A stretch of DNA of 63,685 nucleotides, filler included, from Octopus bimaculoides (lineage: Eukaryota): assembly GCF_001194135.2 (NCBI RefSeq). It is 4 parts of 4 records of this genome, joined end to end, with 100 filler letters (N's around TTAATTAATTAA, not from the genome) between each part and the next. Parts side by side here need not be neighbours in the genome. Positions count along the whole stretch, not along the records: positions 52,011 to 58,295 come from NC_069010.1; positions 58,396 to 63,685 come from NC_068988.1; 2 more parts are not named here. One strand, 5' to 3'. The translations under genes were made by a program, and so were the position numbers. Below the pieces are notes generated by a model. The model was not told the origin of the DNA, made no database searches, and was given only the letters and a program-made list of their open reading frames with translations. Below are positions 52,710-63,685 of this stretch, one piece after another; the stretch's first letter is position 1, and the number at the start of each line of letters is the position of its first letter.

Positions 52710-53729
52710 TATATATAAGTGTATATATATATATATANNNNNNNNNNNNNNNNNNNNNNNNNNNNNNNNNNNNNNNNNNNNNNNNNNNNNNNNNNNNNNN
52801 NNNNNNNNNNNNNNNNNNNNNNNNNNNNNNNNNNNNNNNNNNNNNNNNNNNNNNNNNNNNNNNNNNNNNNNNNNNNNNNNNNNNNNNNNNNNNNNNNNNN
52901 NNNNNNNNNNNNNNNNNNNNNNNNNNNNNNNNNNNNNNNNNNNNNNNNNNNNNNNNNNNNNNNNNNNNNNNNNNNNNNNNNNNNNNNNNNNNNNNNNNNN
53001 NNNNNNNNNNNNNNNNNNNNNNNNNNNNNNNNNNNNNNNNNNNNNNNNNGTCACTACGTGGACGTCACAGATGCTAGAAACCAAACCCCAAAACTAACTC
53101 AAAATAACACCCAACCGTCTAATGAAAAACAAGAATGACAAAAGGATGGCAGTGGAAAGACATATATATATATGATCCATCTGGAAGTAATGTGACATTT
53201 TTGTGACAACATTGAATATATTATAAGAATAAAAAACAATATAAGATAAAAAAAGAAGGCAGTTGGGAAAAAAATCTATCCTTACCATACTGTGTGATTA
53301 TATATACCTGTGTATATATTTATGAAAGGGTGTATATATATATATATATATATATATGTTTACGTGTGTGTATATAGTTTTATATACAAAGTCCTTTGGT
53401 GACAATCCCTGTCAATGGTTGCTACGAGATTCGAGCATGCGCACACCGACTTTAGTGTAACATCCGCTAATTTCGTATCTCTCTCATTCTGTCAGTGTTG
53501 GATATTGACTAGCCTAGGGTTAAATAACAGTTTTTTTAAAACTAATGCAGTGCCGGACCAATTATCCGGCAATCTCGAAATAGGAAGTGTCTCGGATTGC
53601 TGGATTTTCCGGTTTCGTGAAAACAGCCTGAATATATTTGAAATATATACACTTAAAATATTAGTATATGACGTCAGTCATGAGTGAGTGTATTTTACAC
53701 TGTTCAGCTCTGTCTTAACGAATGAAATG

Positions 53730-53905
53730 TGGAGGCGAGGCACAATGGCCCAGTGGTTAGGGCAGCGGACTTGCGGGTTCGATTCTCAGACCGGGCGTTG
53801 TGAGTGATTATTGAGCGAAAACACCTAAAAAGCTCCACGAGGCTCCGGCAGGGGGTGGTGGCGAACCCTGCTGTACTCTTTCACCACAACTTTCTCTCAC
53901 TCACA
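53730..53905 (+). mobile_element. tRNA-derived SINE, family D, 5' half
   Basis: A box tggcccagtgg and B box ggttcgattct; its 3' part ggcgaaccctgctgtactctttcacc overlaps the reverse complement of 5950-5992. Confidence 0.78.
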
Positions 53906-54150
53906 TCTCCTCTGGTAACTCATGGATGGTGATTCAATGATTTCCTCTCACAGCTGGTCGCACATCTCCAATGCTTTTCTCAGTTCTGCTGGTTGTGGGT
54001 TCTCCCAGAACGTTCGGCAATATCTTTCAGCCACATTGGAAACGTCTGAACCACTCATACTCTTGCATGCAGCTCATATATTCCTGTCCAATATTCACAC
54101 AAGTCAGCTTTGTTTCCTCATAACTTGCAGAAAAATGAGTATTTAACAAT
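53905..54150 (-). mobile_element. Mariner transposase N-terminal (HTH) fragment
   Basis: YMSCMQEYEWFRRFQCG...PTTSRTEKSIGDVR...ITIHEL resembles the mariner MSRxQVYEWFRRF...RPSTS...ITIREL pattern. Confidence 0.8.
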
Positions 54151-54714
54151 GAAAAGTAAAGAGCTAAATTATACTTAACTGATTTGAATTAACACACTTA
54201 CAATTCTTAAAATATATTATTCTGTACTATGTACACAGCATAATGTTTATTGGATAAAAATTAAATGACAAAAAGAACATGATTTTATTTAACATATACA
54301 GCAGACCTAAGCAGCAGCATCATTTGACGTCCTCCTTTCAAGCTGGTATGGGTTGGATGGTTTGACAGGACCAGGCAAGTTAGAAGACTGTACCAGAGTC
54401 TACTATCTGATTTGGCATGGTTTCTACAGCTGGGTGAAGGCGCATGGCTTAATGGTTAGTTCAATTATTTGGTTAATTCTTAAAACGATATACTACTTGG
54501 CTCAAGAATCAAGACCTTGTCTTATAATCACGAGTGCAATACCCTAACTACTAAACCACGATTCCACACACACACGAGTGGCGTATGATGGTTGTCTTGT
54601 CACACCCAATACCACCAAATTTCAAGCAGGGCAATCACAAAAGTTATCCATTAAGGTTTATGATTAAATTGATGAGCAAGGCTAATATTTATAATGAATT
54701 TGCCATTTTTGATG

Positions 54715-55062
54715 GGTGTGCATCTGAGACCCCGTTCGGTCATCACTGACCATTTGATTGTACCTAGAAAGTTCCCCTCCCAGGCACAAGTCCGGGCAAG
54801 GTTGTTTTATAAAAGACCTGCAGTCGTCCATGCATACCAGCCTCCCCTCTCCACGCCACCGGTGATACCCAAGGGGAAGGCAAAGGGGCCGATACAGCTT
54901 GGCACCTGTGACATCGCAACTCATTTCTACAGCTGATTGAACTGGAGCAACGTGAAATAAAGTGTCTTGCTCAAGAACACATGCAGCCCGGTCCAGGATT
55001 CAAACTCACAACCTCACGATCGTAAGCTCAACACTCTAACCACTGAGCCATGCGCCTTCACG
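54715..55062 (-). mobile_element. tRNA-derived SINE, family C (core TTCTTGAGCAAGACACTTTATT)
   Basis: Minus-strand head tgaaggcgcatggctcagtggttagag...gagtttgaatcctggaccggg (A/B boxes); a homologous copy lies at 17625-17750. Confidence 0.82.
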
Positions 55063-55796
55063 GGTGTGCAGCACTCACCTGGAATATACATCCCTTATAT
55101 ACACAATACACACACTTGCATCTGCAGCACAGTTTTTCTTTCAAATATATATTAAAAACACGACTACGTCATAATGTTATATATTTTTTTATTCAATTTT
55201 TGCTTTGGTCATATTTTTACACTCTCTTGCTGTTCATCTTGAACAAAATTCCTAAATCATTCATCAATACTTCTAAACTTTCACATCCTTTCTCCAGGAT
55301 ATGAAATAGATTTGTGTAAATGCCTCATTTATTGTAAGCCATATTTTATGTAAATTTTGAAACACAATTACACATTATAATTTTACAAGTAGAAAAGTGT
55401 GAGCCCATATTACTAGGAATCTTTAAATTAATCAATGACATATAATGGTTTAGTTTATTTTCACCAATTGACTTATACTAGATCACTCAGTGCACAAACT
55501 TTCAAAAGACACCATGCTTCTATGATGGATAAACTCTGGGAAATGGTCCAGCTACTAAACTGGTCATTTCAGAGTCTGACTTGAGTATCCTCTGCTACCA
55601 TTGCTACTGAACAGCAACAACAAAAACCGACAATCATGTCTACCTCTGCCATTGCTGCTGAATAGCAACTAAAACCGACTAGGTTGTCTCCCAATACCAG
55701 TTCTGTTGATGAAGAAGTGAGTGAGCTGTTATACAAGTCAGCCATGGGTGAAGAAAATAAACTGAACTACTCTTTATGTGCCATTAAATGATACTG

Positions 55797-56520
55797 GAAC
55801 TTTTATTGATGTGCTGGGAAGAAGATGGGAGGTTTGCATAATGTCTCTTAAATTCGCCCTCACATAACCTAATTCTTCTTTTCAACTGATTTGTCTTGGA
55901 AGCGTAACTGTAAATTCAGCCTTGTATATGACAGAGCTTATCATACACGCCTGGTGAAGTGGGCAAGCTTCAGGGTTCCAACAGTTACAATTGGGAATGG
56001 TCTCGGTGATTTTTGTGAGTTATAATGTTCTAAAAGAGACAGGAATCATAAATACAAGAACATTTTTAACAGACACTTAATAAAAATATCATACAGCTGA
56101 ACATTATAACTTAAAAATCACCAAGATACCACTCCCACTTGACCAAGCATGTATGATAAACTCTGTCATATATGAGGCTGAAGTTACAGCTATGCTCCAA
56201 AGTAAATCAATTGAAAAGAAGAATTACATTGGGTTATATGAAGGTGAATTCAAGAGATATTATGCAAACCATCTTCTTTCTGGCACATTGATAGAAGCAA
56301 CGCAACTAAGTTGGCTAGCCATGTATGGAATTTGAAGAGTAGGTCCATACCATGTACAATTAAGTGGAGAAATCCAAGCCATATGTCAATGGATCTAAGA
56401 AATGCAACTTATGCATAGCAGAAAGATCTCATATTCTTCAATCCAGCAATTCCAACACACTGCTTAATTAGAGATCTGAAATTTTTAGCAGGTGTAGACA
56501 CATGGAGAGGTTTCTTTTAT
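55797..56520. mobile_element. Penelope-like (Neptune-type) GIY-YIG region present as two divergently oriented copies
   Basis: Plus copy: INSVIYEAEV...NYIGLYEGEFKRYYANH, CNLCIAE, RSEIFSRCRH..FLL. Minus copy (55797-56030): CNCWNPEACPLHQACMISSVIYKAE. Confidence 0.85.
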
Positions 56521-56831
56521 CAAACTGAAAGGCACCACCTGCTCCAGACTGAGTTGTTGTCTCGCAGACTTTGACATATTTTATATTATTTCATTCTAAA
56601 CCAGTTGTATTTAAAGAGCATTCTGCAATCAGGGAGAACAAGGATCTTAGTTTTCTTGATTTCGTTTCTTTTTTTCTCATTCCATTTTTTGCACCAACCT
56701 TCTTCATCTTTTTCCACACTTTTCATTTTCTTACAGTCAAGCATCCTTAACATATAAACAGACCCTGAAACATGGCAAATTTTATAAATATGCACAAAAG
56801 TATGAAACTACAACTCTTTCAGTTGTGTATA

Positions 56832-56875
<44 letters not shown>

Positions 56876-57199
56876 ATATGCTGTATAGANNNNNNNNNNN
56901 NNNNNNNNNNNNNNNNNNNNNNNNNNNNNNNNNNNNNNNNNNNNNNNNNNNNNNNNNNNNNNNNNNNNNNNNNNNNNNNNNNNNNNNNNNNNNNNNNNNN
57001 NNNNNNNNNNNNNNNNNNNNNNNNNNNNNNNNNNNNNNNNNNNNNNNNNNNNNNNNNNNNNNNNNNNNNNNNNNNNNNNNNNNNNNNNNNNNNNNNNNNN
57101 NNNNNNNNNNNNNNNNNNNNNNNNNNNNNNNNNNNNNNNATATATCCCCTCTCACTCTCTGGGAGAGAGGCACAAGCACATACACAGACGTATACACAC

Positions 57200-57345
57200 A
57201 CGGCACTAACTTCCGCCTACCAAATTCAATCACAAGGCTTCGGTCAGCCCGGGGCTATAGCAGAAGACACTTGCCCAAGTGTGGTGGGACTGAACCCGAA
57301 ACCATGTAGCTGGGAAGCAAGCTTCCTAACCACACAGCCATGCCC
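57200..57345 (-). mobile_element. Family-B SINE, 5' part
   Basis: ttccgcctaccaaattcaatcacaaggcttcggtcagcccggggctatagcagaagacacttgcccaag matches the family-B reverse complement. Confidence 0.8.
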
Positions 57346-57396
57346 ATATATATATATATATTGTTGTACTTGGGGATGGTCATATTGCCAGTTTAG

Positions 57397-57439
<43 letters not shown>

Positions 57440-58259
57440 ATATGCTGTATAGATATATACATTTATATATGTGAGTGTATGATGTAGTAATATATACATA
57501 TGTGTATATACATATATATATGTATGCATGTTTATAATAAAAAACAATGCCATGTAACATTTCTAGGGGTTTTGCAGCATCACCATTTTAAAACTATCTT
57601 TCTGTAGCATAAAAATATCATGGTCAAGGTTGTCAGTCTCCGACTGACTTGTCATAGATTTATTTCCACTCATTGGCTGTTAGGCTATTTGCCTACGGTT
57701 GACCTCCTATCGAGGAAATGGAACCAGCCAAACAAAAAGGACACCATATGAATTTACTGCTGGGTATACGCAGATCACCACTGCTGTTTCACTTGCACAT
57801 ACCCACATATATGCTTATATGAACACATCTACAGACATTTATATTATTTTTTTTATGTACCTTCATCAAAGGAGAAAGGGCAGTGTCACTGGCCTTTACA
57901 GTTAATTTGATTAGTAGGAACAAGAGAGGTTGTCCTGAAAACGAGTTCACAAAACTTTCAATGTACGAATTGCATAACAATTTTATATTGAGAACAAGAG
58001 AGTCAAATCATATATACCATGCCTATAGTTCTATATCTGTCATAGTAGAACAGTATGCCCAGTTTTCTATTTAATAAATAGAACATGAATGGGAGACAGA
58101 TGAAGCAGAATATGTACAGCAGCCCCTAATGAAGCTTTTCTAGAATTATAAAATCAGAACCGGAGAGAAATATAATTTTTACTGTGTAAAGAGCAGTATT
58201 GGTTATCATTGGTTTTGCCATTTTTGGGGTTTGGACAGAACATTTATAAGTACTAGGCT

Positions 58260-58295
<36 letters not shown>

Positions 58296-59822
58296 NNNNN
58301 NNNNNNNNNNNNNNNNNNNNNNNNNNNNNNNNNNNNNNNTTAATTAATTAANNNNNNNNNNNNNNNNNNNNNNNNNNNNNNNNNNNNNNNNNNNNGGGGA
58401 TGATCGAAATTCCACCTTTTCTGTTACTACTATCGATATATATATTATTCCTACGTGAGGAGTTGTTATATATATAAGAAAGAAAAAAGGAGAATGCACA
58501 CACTTTACATAGTTTTAATATAATTTTTAATATATCGACCGGTTTCGCTATCGCTATTCATGATATAATGGTTTACTTATTTGAATATGTATTTTCTTAA
58601 GAAAAAATTTTTGTCCATGTTGTATGTGATGATATCTACGAGTGAATGACTTCACAAGCAGAAAAATAAGGGGAGATAATTGGTTATCGTTATTATTGTT
58701 ATTGTTGTGGGCAAGGGAGATAACTGTTCAGATTTCAGTAAGGGGAGGGGAATATATATGTACAGGCAAGAAAGAATGGTTTCGAAAAACTTGTTTAGTG
58801 AGGGGATATATGTACAGTGATTTAATCGTGAATTGAAGTATGTAAAAAGATAAAAGTTGGTTATGCGTACATATTAGGACGTGTTCTACATTTTTCAATG
58901 AAAAAAGTTTCTTTATTTAAATATATTTATATATCTTTTCAGGATCCAATACAATCAAGGTATTTAAATAACGAAGGCACCAACGTAGAGTCGGGTATAG
59001 CATACATGTACACTAACAGTGCGCACGGATGCTCATGTACTTACCAATGTAAATACGGATTTGTCCTGAGACTTGTCTCTTAGATGTAACCATGAAGAGA
59101 GGATCAATCTGCATGATATGCTATGTGAGCGAAGCATTCCAGACGTTCGAATTTCCTCTTAATTTACCCGAAGGAAACGGTTTTGCAATAAAAGTCAGGT
59201 CTGAAACAATTGTGGTGAACCTGAGACCATCTGTGTTATTGTGTATACATACATACATACATACATGCATACACACACACACACACACANNNNNNNNNNA
59301 TATATATATATAAGCACAAAGCTTGCTTTAAGAGCTGTCTAAGAGATCAACACTTGTTGCAAAATCAGTGAATGTGTGTTCACTTGAAATATATATATAT
59401 GTTGCGTGCAGAAAGGAAGTACAGTCATTCGTAGGAAACTGAGGAGTGACATAAATAGACCGAAACCAGGACTGGTCTACAGGATCCGTCGCTAGGAATT
59501 GGTAGGGCTTCTCTCCCCTGCTCGCAATGTTATCGGATGCAGCTGTCCATCGTTAACCAGCTAGAAGAGATTCTTCTGTGGTTTAAAAATCGCAGTAGAG
59601 TCCGCTCGAACAGACAGCCATGTTAAAGTGGTTACGAATATTATAATATATATATTGTATATCGACATGCCTAAATTGCTTGTCTTGACACTTACTCCTC
59701 TATCTACTGAAGTTCAAATCTCTTGAGCACTGCGAAGTGTTTTCTATACAGAGAATACCTATGTCTAATCTCTCTGTCTGTCTGTATGTCTGTCTGTCTG
59801 TCTGTCTGTCTTTCTCTATCTC

Positions 59823-59894
<72 letters not shown>

Positions 59895-60047
59895 NNNNNN
59901 NNNNNNNNNNNNNNNNNNNNNNNNNNNNNNNNNNNNNNNNNNNNNNNNNNNNNNNNNNNNNNNNNNNNNNNNNNNNNNNNNNNNNNNNNNNNNNNNNNNN
60001 NNNNNNNNNNNNNNNNNNNNNNNNNNNNNNNNNNNNNNNNNNNNNNN

Positions 60048-60084
<37 letters not shown>

Positions 60085-61298
60085 ATATGTATGCTGTATG
60101 TATATATACATATATGTGTTTGACGAAGGATGGCCGGGGCGGTTTATTCGAATGGAAGATCGCCTTCGGACATTTGCACAGCTAAGCTAATCCTTCTTAA
60201 TCTTTGATAAAAATTCACATCAGTTTTTTTTTTTTTTCCGTTTCTTCGTCTTTCGCTTGTTTTATGCGTGTTATTATTTCAAGTTGAGAAAATAATAACT
60301 ATGTGACGAATGGAAGCAAAAAGAAATTACATTCGAAAGTGAAAAATAATACAAAATATAAAATAACACTAATTGAGAAAAAATATGCAAATATATAATT
60401 AATAAGGTAGAAATCGAAATAACTATAAAAATAAATTAACTATTGTCAAAAATATCTTGGCTATTAAGAGCTTTAAATAATCATTTCTTTTATAGACAGA
60501 AGCAAATTTTTCCTACGAATGTAATTGGGCGGTGCTGGACCCATCTATTATGTTATTTGTATTGCGTTTATCGACCTCTTTGGAATATAAGGTTAACACT
60601 ATCATGGTTTCAGATGTGAAGGAGAGCACCGAGATGTACAGACATAAGCGCACGATATAGACATAATGACGCATATTTGAACACGCAGTCGTTTGCGCGC
60701 ACATGCACACACACACACACAAACACACACACATGTGCATACACATAGCTGTCTATCACGCTTTCTCTCTCTTTATGTATACATACCTATGTGTGTGTGT
60801 ATGTATGTGCGTGTATTGTAAAATCATAAAAACGAAAGAAGAAGCACACTCTAAGATGTACAGCAGTATATATTAAAAATGTGGAAGGCCGGTTTATGTG
60901 ATTACCATAGGTTTCCCGTCCATAAAGGGTTTTACTTTATGGCATATCGTCAGATTCCAACAGGTTTTCTGGATAAATATATATATAAGCAATGTTAATT
61001 CTCTAAATGAAGTATTAACAGTAACTGCACGATAAAGTGTAGCATATTGCCACTTAAGTGTGGCTGACCCCTAGGGGTGGATGTTACTGTTGCTACATAT
61101 ATACATACATATATATACATACTCACCTTGTCTCTGATGACGAAATACCTAGTGTATGGAGATGCTAACCTATAACTTGAAATAATAATTATCATTATTA
61201 TTATTCAGGTCACTGAATCGAACTCGGAATCTTGGGGTTAGTAGTTTTTAACCACTACGCCATATGCCCGTGGGCAATTATGGAGTGAATTTTAGGGT

Positions 61299-62530
61299 TT
61301 ATAAGTCTAATATTTTCCTATCTTTCCTTAATACCGGTTTCCATATGCTTCTCATATCTGCACTAGGTCTGCTTAGGATATTATTATGTACTGCTTCTTT
61401 TACTCTTCGTATTCTCCAGTGTTGTTCTCTGTCTATTATTTTAACTTCATCCCACAGGAGGAGGTGGTATCCGTTTTTCCATACATAATCATCTCTAACC
61501 GATTTATCAATATCTCCTCGTGCCACAGCATTGCGATGTTCATCTACCCTTATTTTGAGGGGGCGACATGTTTCACCTTTGTATAACCTACCACAGCTGC
61601 ATGGGATGGAGTACACACAGTCTTTGGTCATATTCTCTTCTATTGGTGATGTTACTCTAAGGAGATATTTGCGAACTGTTATATTACTCTCAAACACTGT
61701 CCTGATGTCATATGGGCCGCATATCTTTTGTATCTTTTCGGATAGGCCTTTCACATAGGTTAAACAGACTGTAGTCAGTTTATTGGTTTCACCCTCTCTT
61801 CAATTCATAATTGGAGTGGGCAGTATGTTTTGGGGATAGTTGTTGCTTAATAGATTGTCACTTAGCTCGATCATTTCTTTGTGGTGTGTATCAGGAATCG
61901 CTACTTATAATCTTTGCTCGATTTTTTAGGCACTGAGCAATCCATCTCTTTACTATGTATGGATGGTGGGAACTGAAGATGAGGTATCGTTCAGTGAAGG
62001 TTGGCTTTCAGTATACGGATGTCCTGGATCCATACTTGGTGCATATTATTAATACGTCCAGGAATGCTAGCTGATTGTCTTTTTTCCCAATGTGAAATGC
62101 ATAGATGGCTTTATTGAGTTCACATGATCTAACAGTACTTGGACATCTTCCTGGTGGAGCCAGTGTATAAAGGTGTCATCAACATATCGCAGCCATAGGG
62201 TTGGTTTTAGAGGTGTTGATCCCAAAGCCAAATTCTCAAAGTATTCCATGTATATATTGGCTATTATCGGTGATAATGGCGAACCCATAGGGAAACCCTC
62301 TAACTGTCGATATATATANNNNNNNNNNNNNNNNNNNNNNNNNNNNNNNNNNNNNNNNNNNNNNNNNNNNNNNNNNNNNNNNNNNNNNNNNNNNNNNNNN
62401 NNATATATATATATCAATGTCCATTCTAGAGTAGGTAGTTTCGACACAGAAGGTCAACATTTCCACCAAGTTTCCTATTGGTATACTAGTGCGTTCTGGT
62501 GTACTATTGCATTCAATGACAGATACCTAA
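61299..62530 (-). mobile_element. Penelope-like element (Penelope/Poseidon-type): RT C-terminal half plus GIY-YIG endonuclease, degenerate
   Basis: RQLEGFPMGSPLSPIIANIYME...WLRYVDDTF (RT) followed by VYSIPCSCGRLYKGETCRPLKIRVDEH...WDEVKII (GIY-YIG, with YIG mutated to YKG). Confidence 0.93.
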
Positions 62531-63685
62531 AATTAGTTCTATATCTAGATTTAACTTAGTAATTACATCTTTTATTATTAGCCAATTTTCTCCTCGTATA
62601 CATCTTCATACCAATATAATTATGTATATTGTAATATTATATATAACAAAATCCTTACGCGTAGTACAGTTTAGCAAGCTGTTGGATTAGCAAGTTCATT
62701 AATGTGTAGAGCAAAATCATCCTGTTCTTGACGTTCCGAGTTTAAATCCATCCGAGTACATTTTATCATTCAATCATTTAAATCGATGCAAGAAAGTACC
62801 ATCCCAGAAGAAGATTGTCCTCTGCTCTCGAATTTTGAACTTTGCGTCTATGTTGGAAATCACTACACAAACGAATATAATTTAGCTTTTCTTTTTAATT
62901 CGAATTGAACCAAATCATGTAATTAATACGACCGATGAGATGAGTTGCATATCTGATAGCGCCTGTTGTGAAGCGAGTAATCTGATGACCACGAGGGTTA
63001 ATTCAGCTGAACAAATTTTTTGGTAAATAAACAATCTTCTTAGAAGGCTTGCATAAAATACCGTTTAGAATTCTTAGTAGCCCGACTACTGTTTAAAAAT
63101 GAGTATATCGTTCCTTCAAGCTTAGAACAAAAAATATATTCTGATTAGCTCATCATGCACTTGGTGCCCTCTGTTAGTAGCTATTGTGAGGGAAATAATA
63201 ACGTCTTGATAATTACTAAATCGTGACGAGGTGAGAAGTTTACATTTTAAGTATATAAAGAACAAGGACGATTCAGAGTATATAAGATTAATATTTTTTC
63301 TACTCATTATTAAGATCCTACATATATTTTAGTCATAAATATATAGGGATTGACAGTAACCTGCTTCTCCAACATACTGAGAATTCAGAAATAGCAGTCA
63401 AAGAACTACTGATTTCAAAACTACAAATTATTACTCCAGATTGATAGCGATATTTTTGATACACACAGAACAAAAAACAGTAGAGAAGAGTAAAAAAAAA
63501 CCACTTGCCTTTAGTTAATTTAGTACAGTTGTTTCACAGTTAAGAGTAAATAATACTCTATTCTGATCTTCAGCTAAATATTCTAATAAATTTGTTAATG
63601 TCTAAATAACTCACGTTAATTTTGACCATGTGAACATCAATACCACGTGAGGAAGACGTTAAGAAATTTATCGGCCAGTAAGTTC

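Noticed and set aside
53730-53790. tRNA-like sequence as a tRNA gene
   Set aside because: No complete cloverleaf; it continues into a SINE body shared with 5735-5992.
56830-57460. Duplicated tatacacacgtatgtatatgctgtataga on both sides of a gap
   Set aside because: Most likely an unmerged overlap or haplotype duplication at the gap edge; the same applies to the 20-bp duplication at 6153-6197.

Overview
AT-rich eukaryotic (metazoan) genomic DNA from a gappy draft assembly. The dense (CA)/(TA)/(GA)/(TCTA) microsatellites and the tRNA-derived SINE families suggest an octopus/coleoid cephalopod; this is an inference from repeat style. Most ORF-track entries are microsatellite or N-gap artefacts. 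The only host gene I can identify is one 100-nt minus-strand exon (39548-39647, [33 protein letters not shown]) of an ERG/KCNH2-type potassium channel C-linker; I found no other ERG exon in the sequenced bases. The rest is TE debris: CR1/L2/Jockey-type and R4/Dong-type LINE fragments, two clades of Penelope-like elements, a hAT (SPIN/Charlie-like) fragment, a TIR-bounded Tc1/maT element, mariner fragments and a MITE, two Helitron 3' ends, and four SINE families. I cannot demonstrate a new biological system. The best leads are: (1) a decayed ~2.7-kb coding relic with PIF1/RecD-like helicase motifs that is not obviously a Helitron, beside a divergently oriented unidentified relic; (2) two long foldbacks that could be ADAR substrates, one with strongly asymmetric mismatches; (3) degenerate Penelope-type hammerhead relics; (4) exon-like cassettes not explained by ERG. 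All alignments and counts were done by eye and are approximate.
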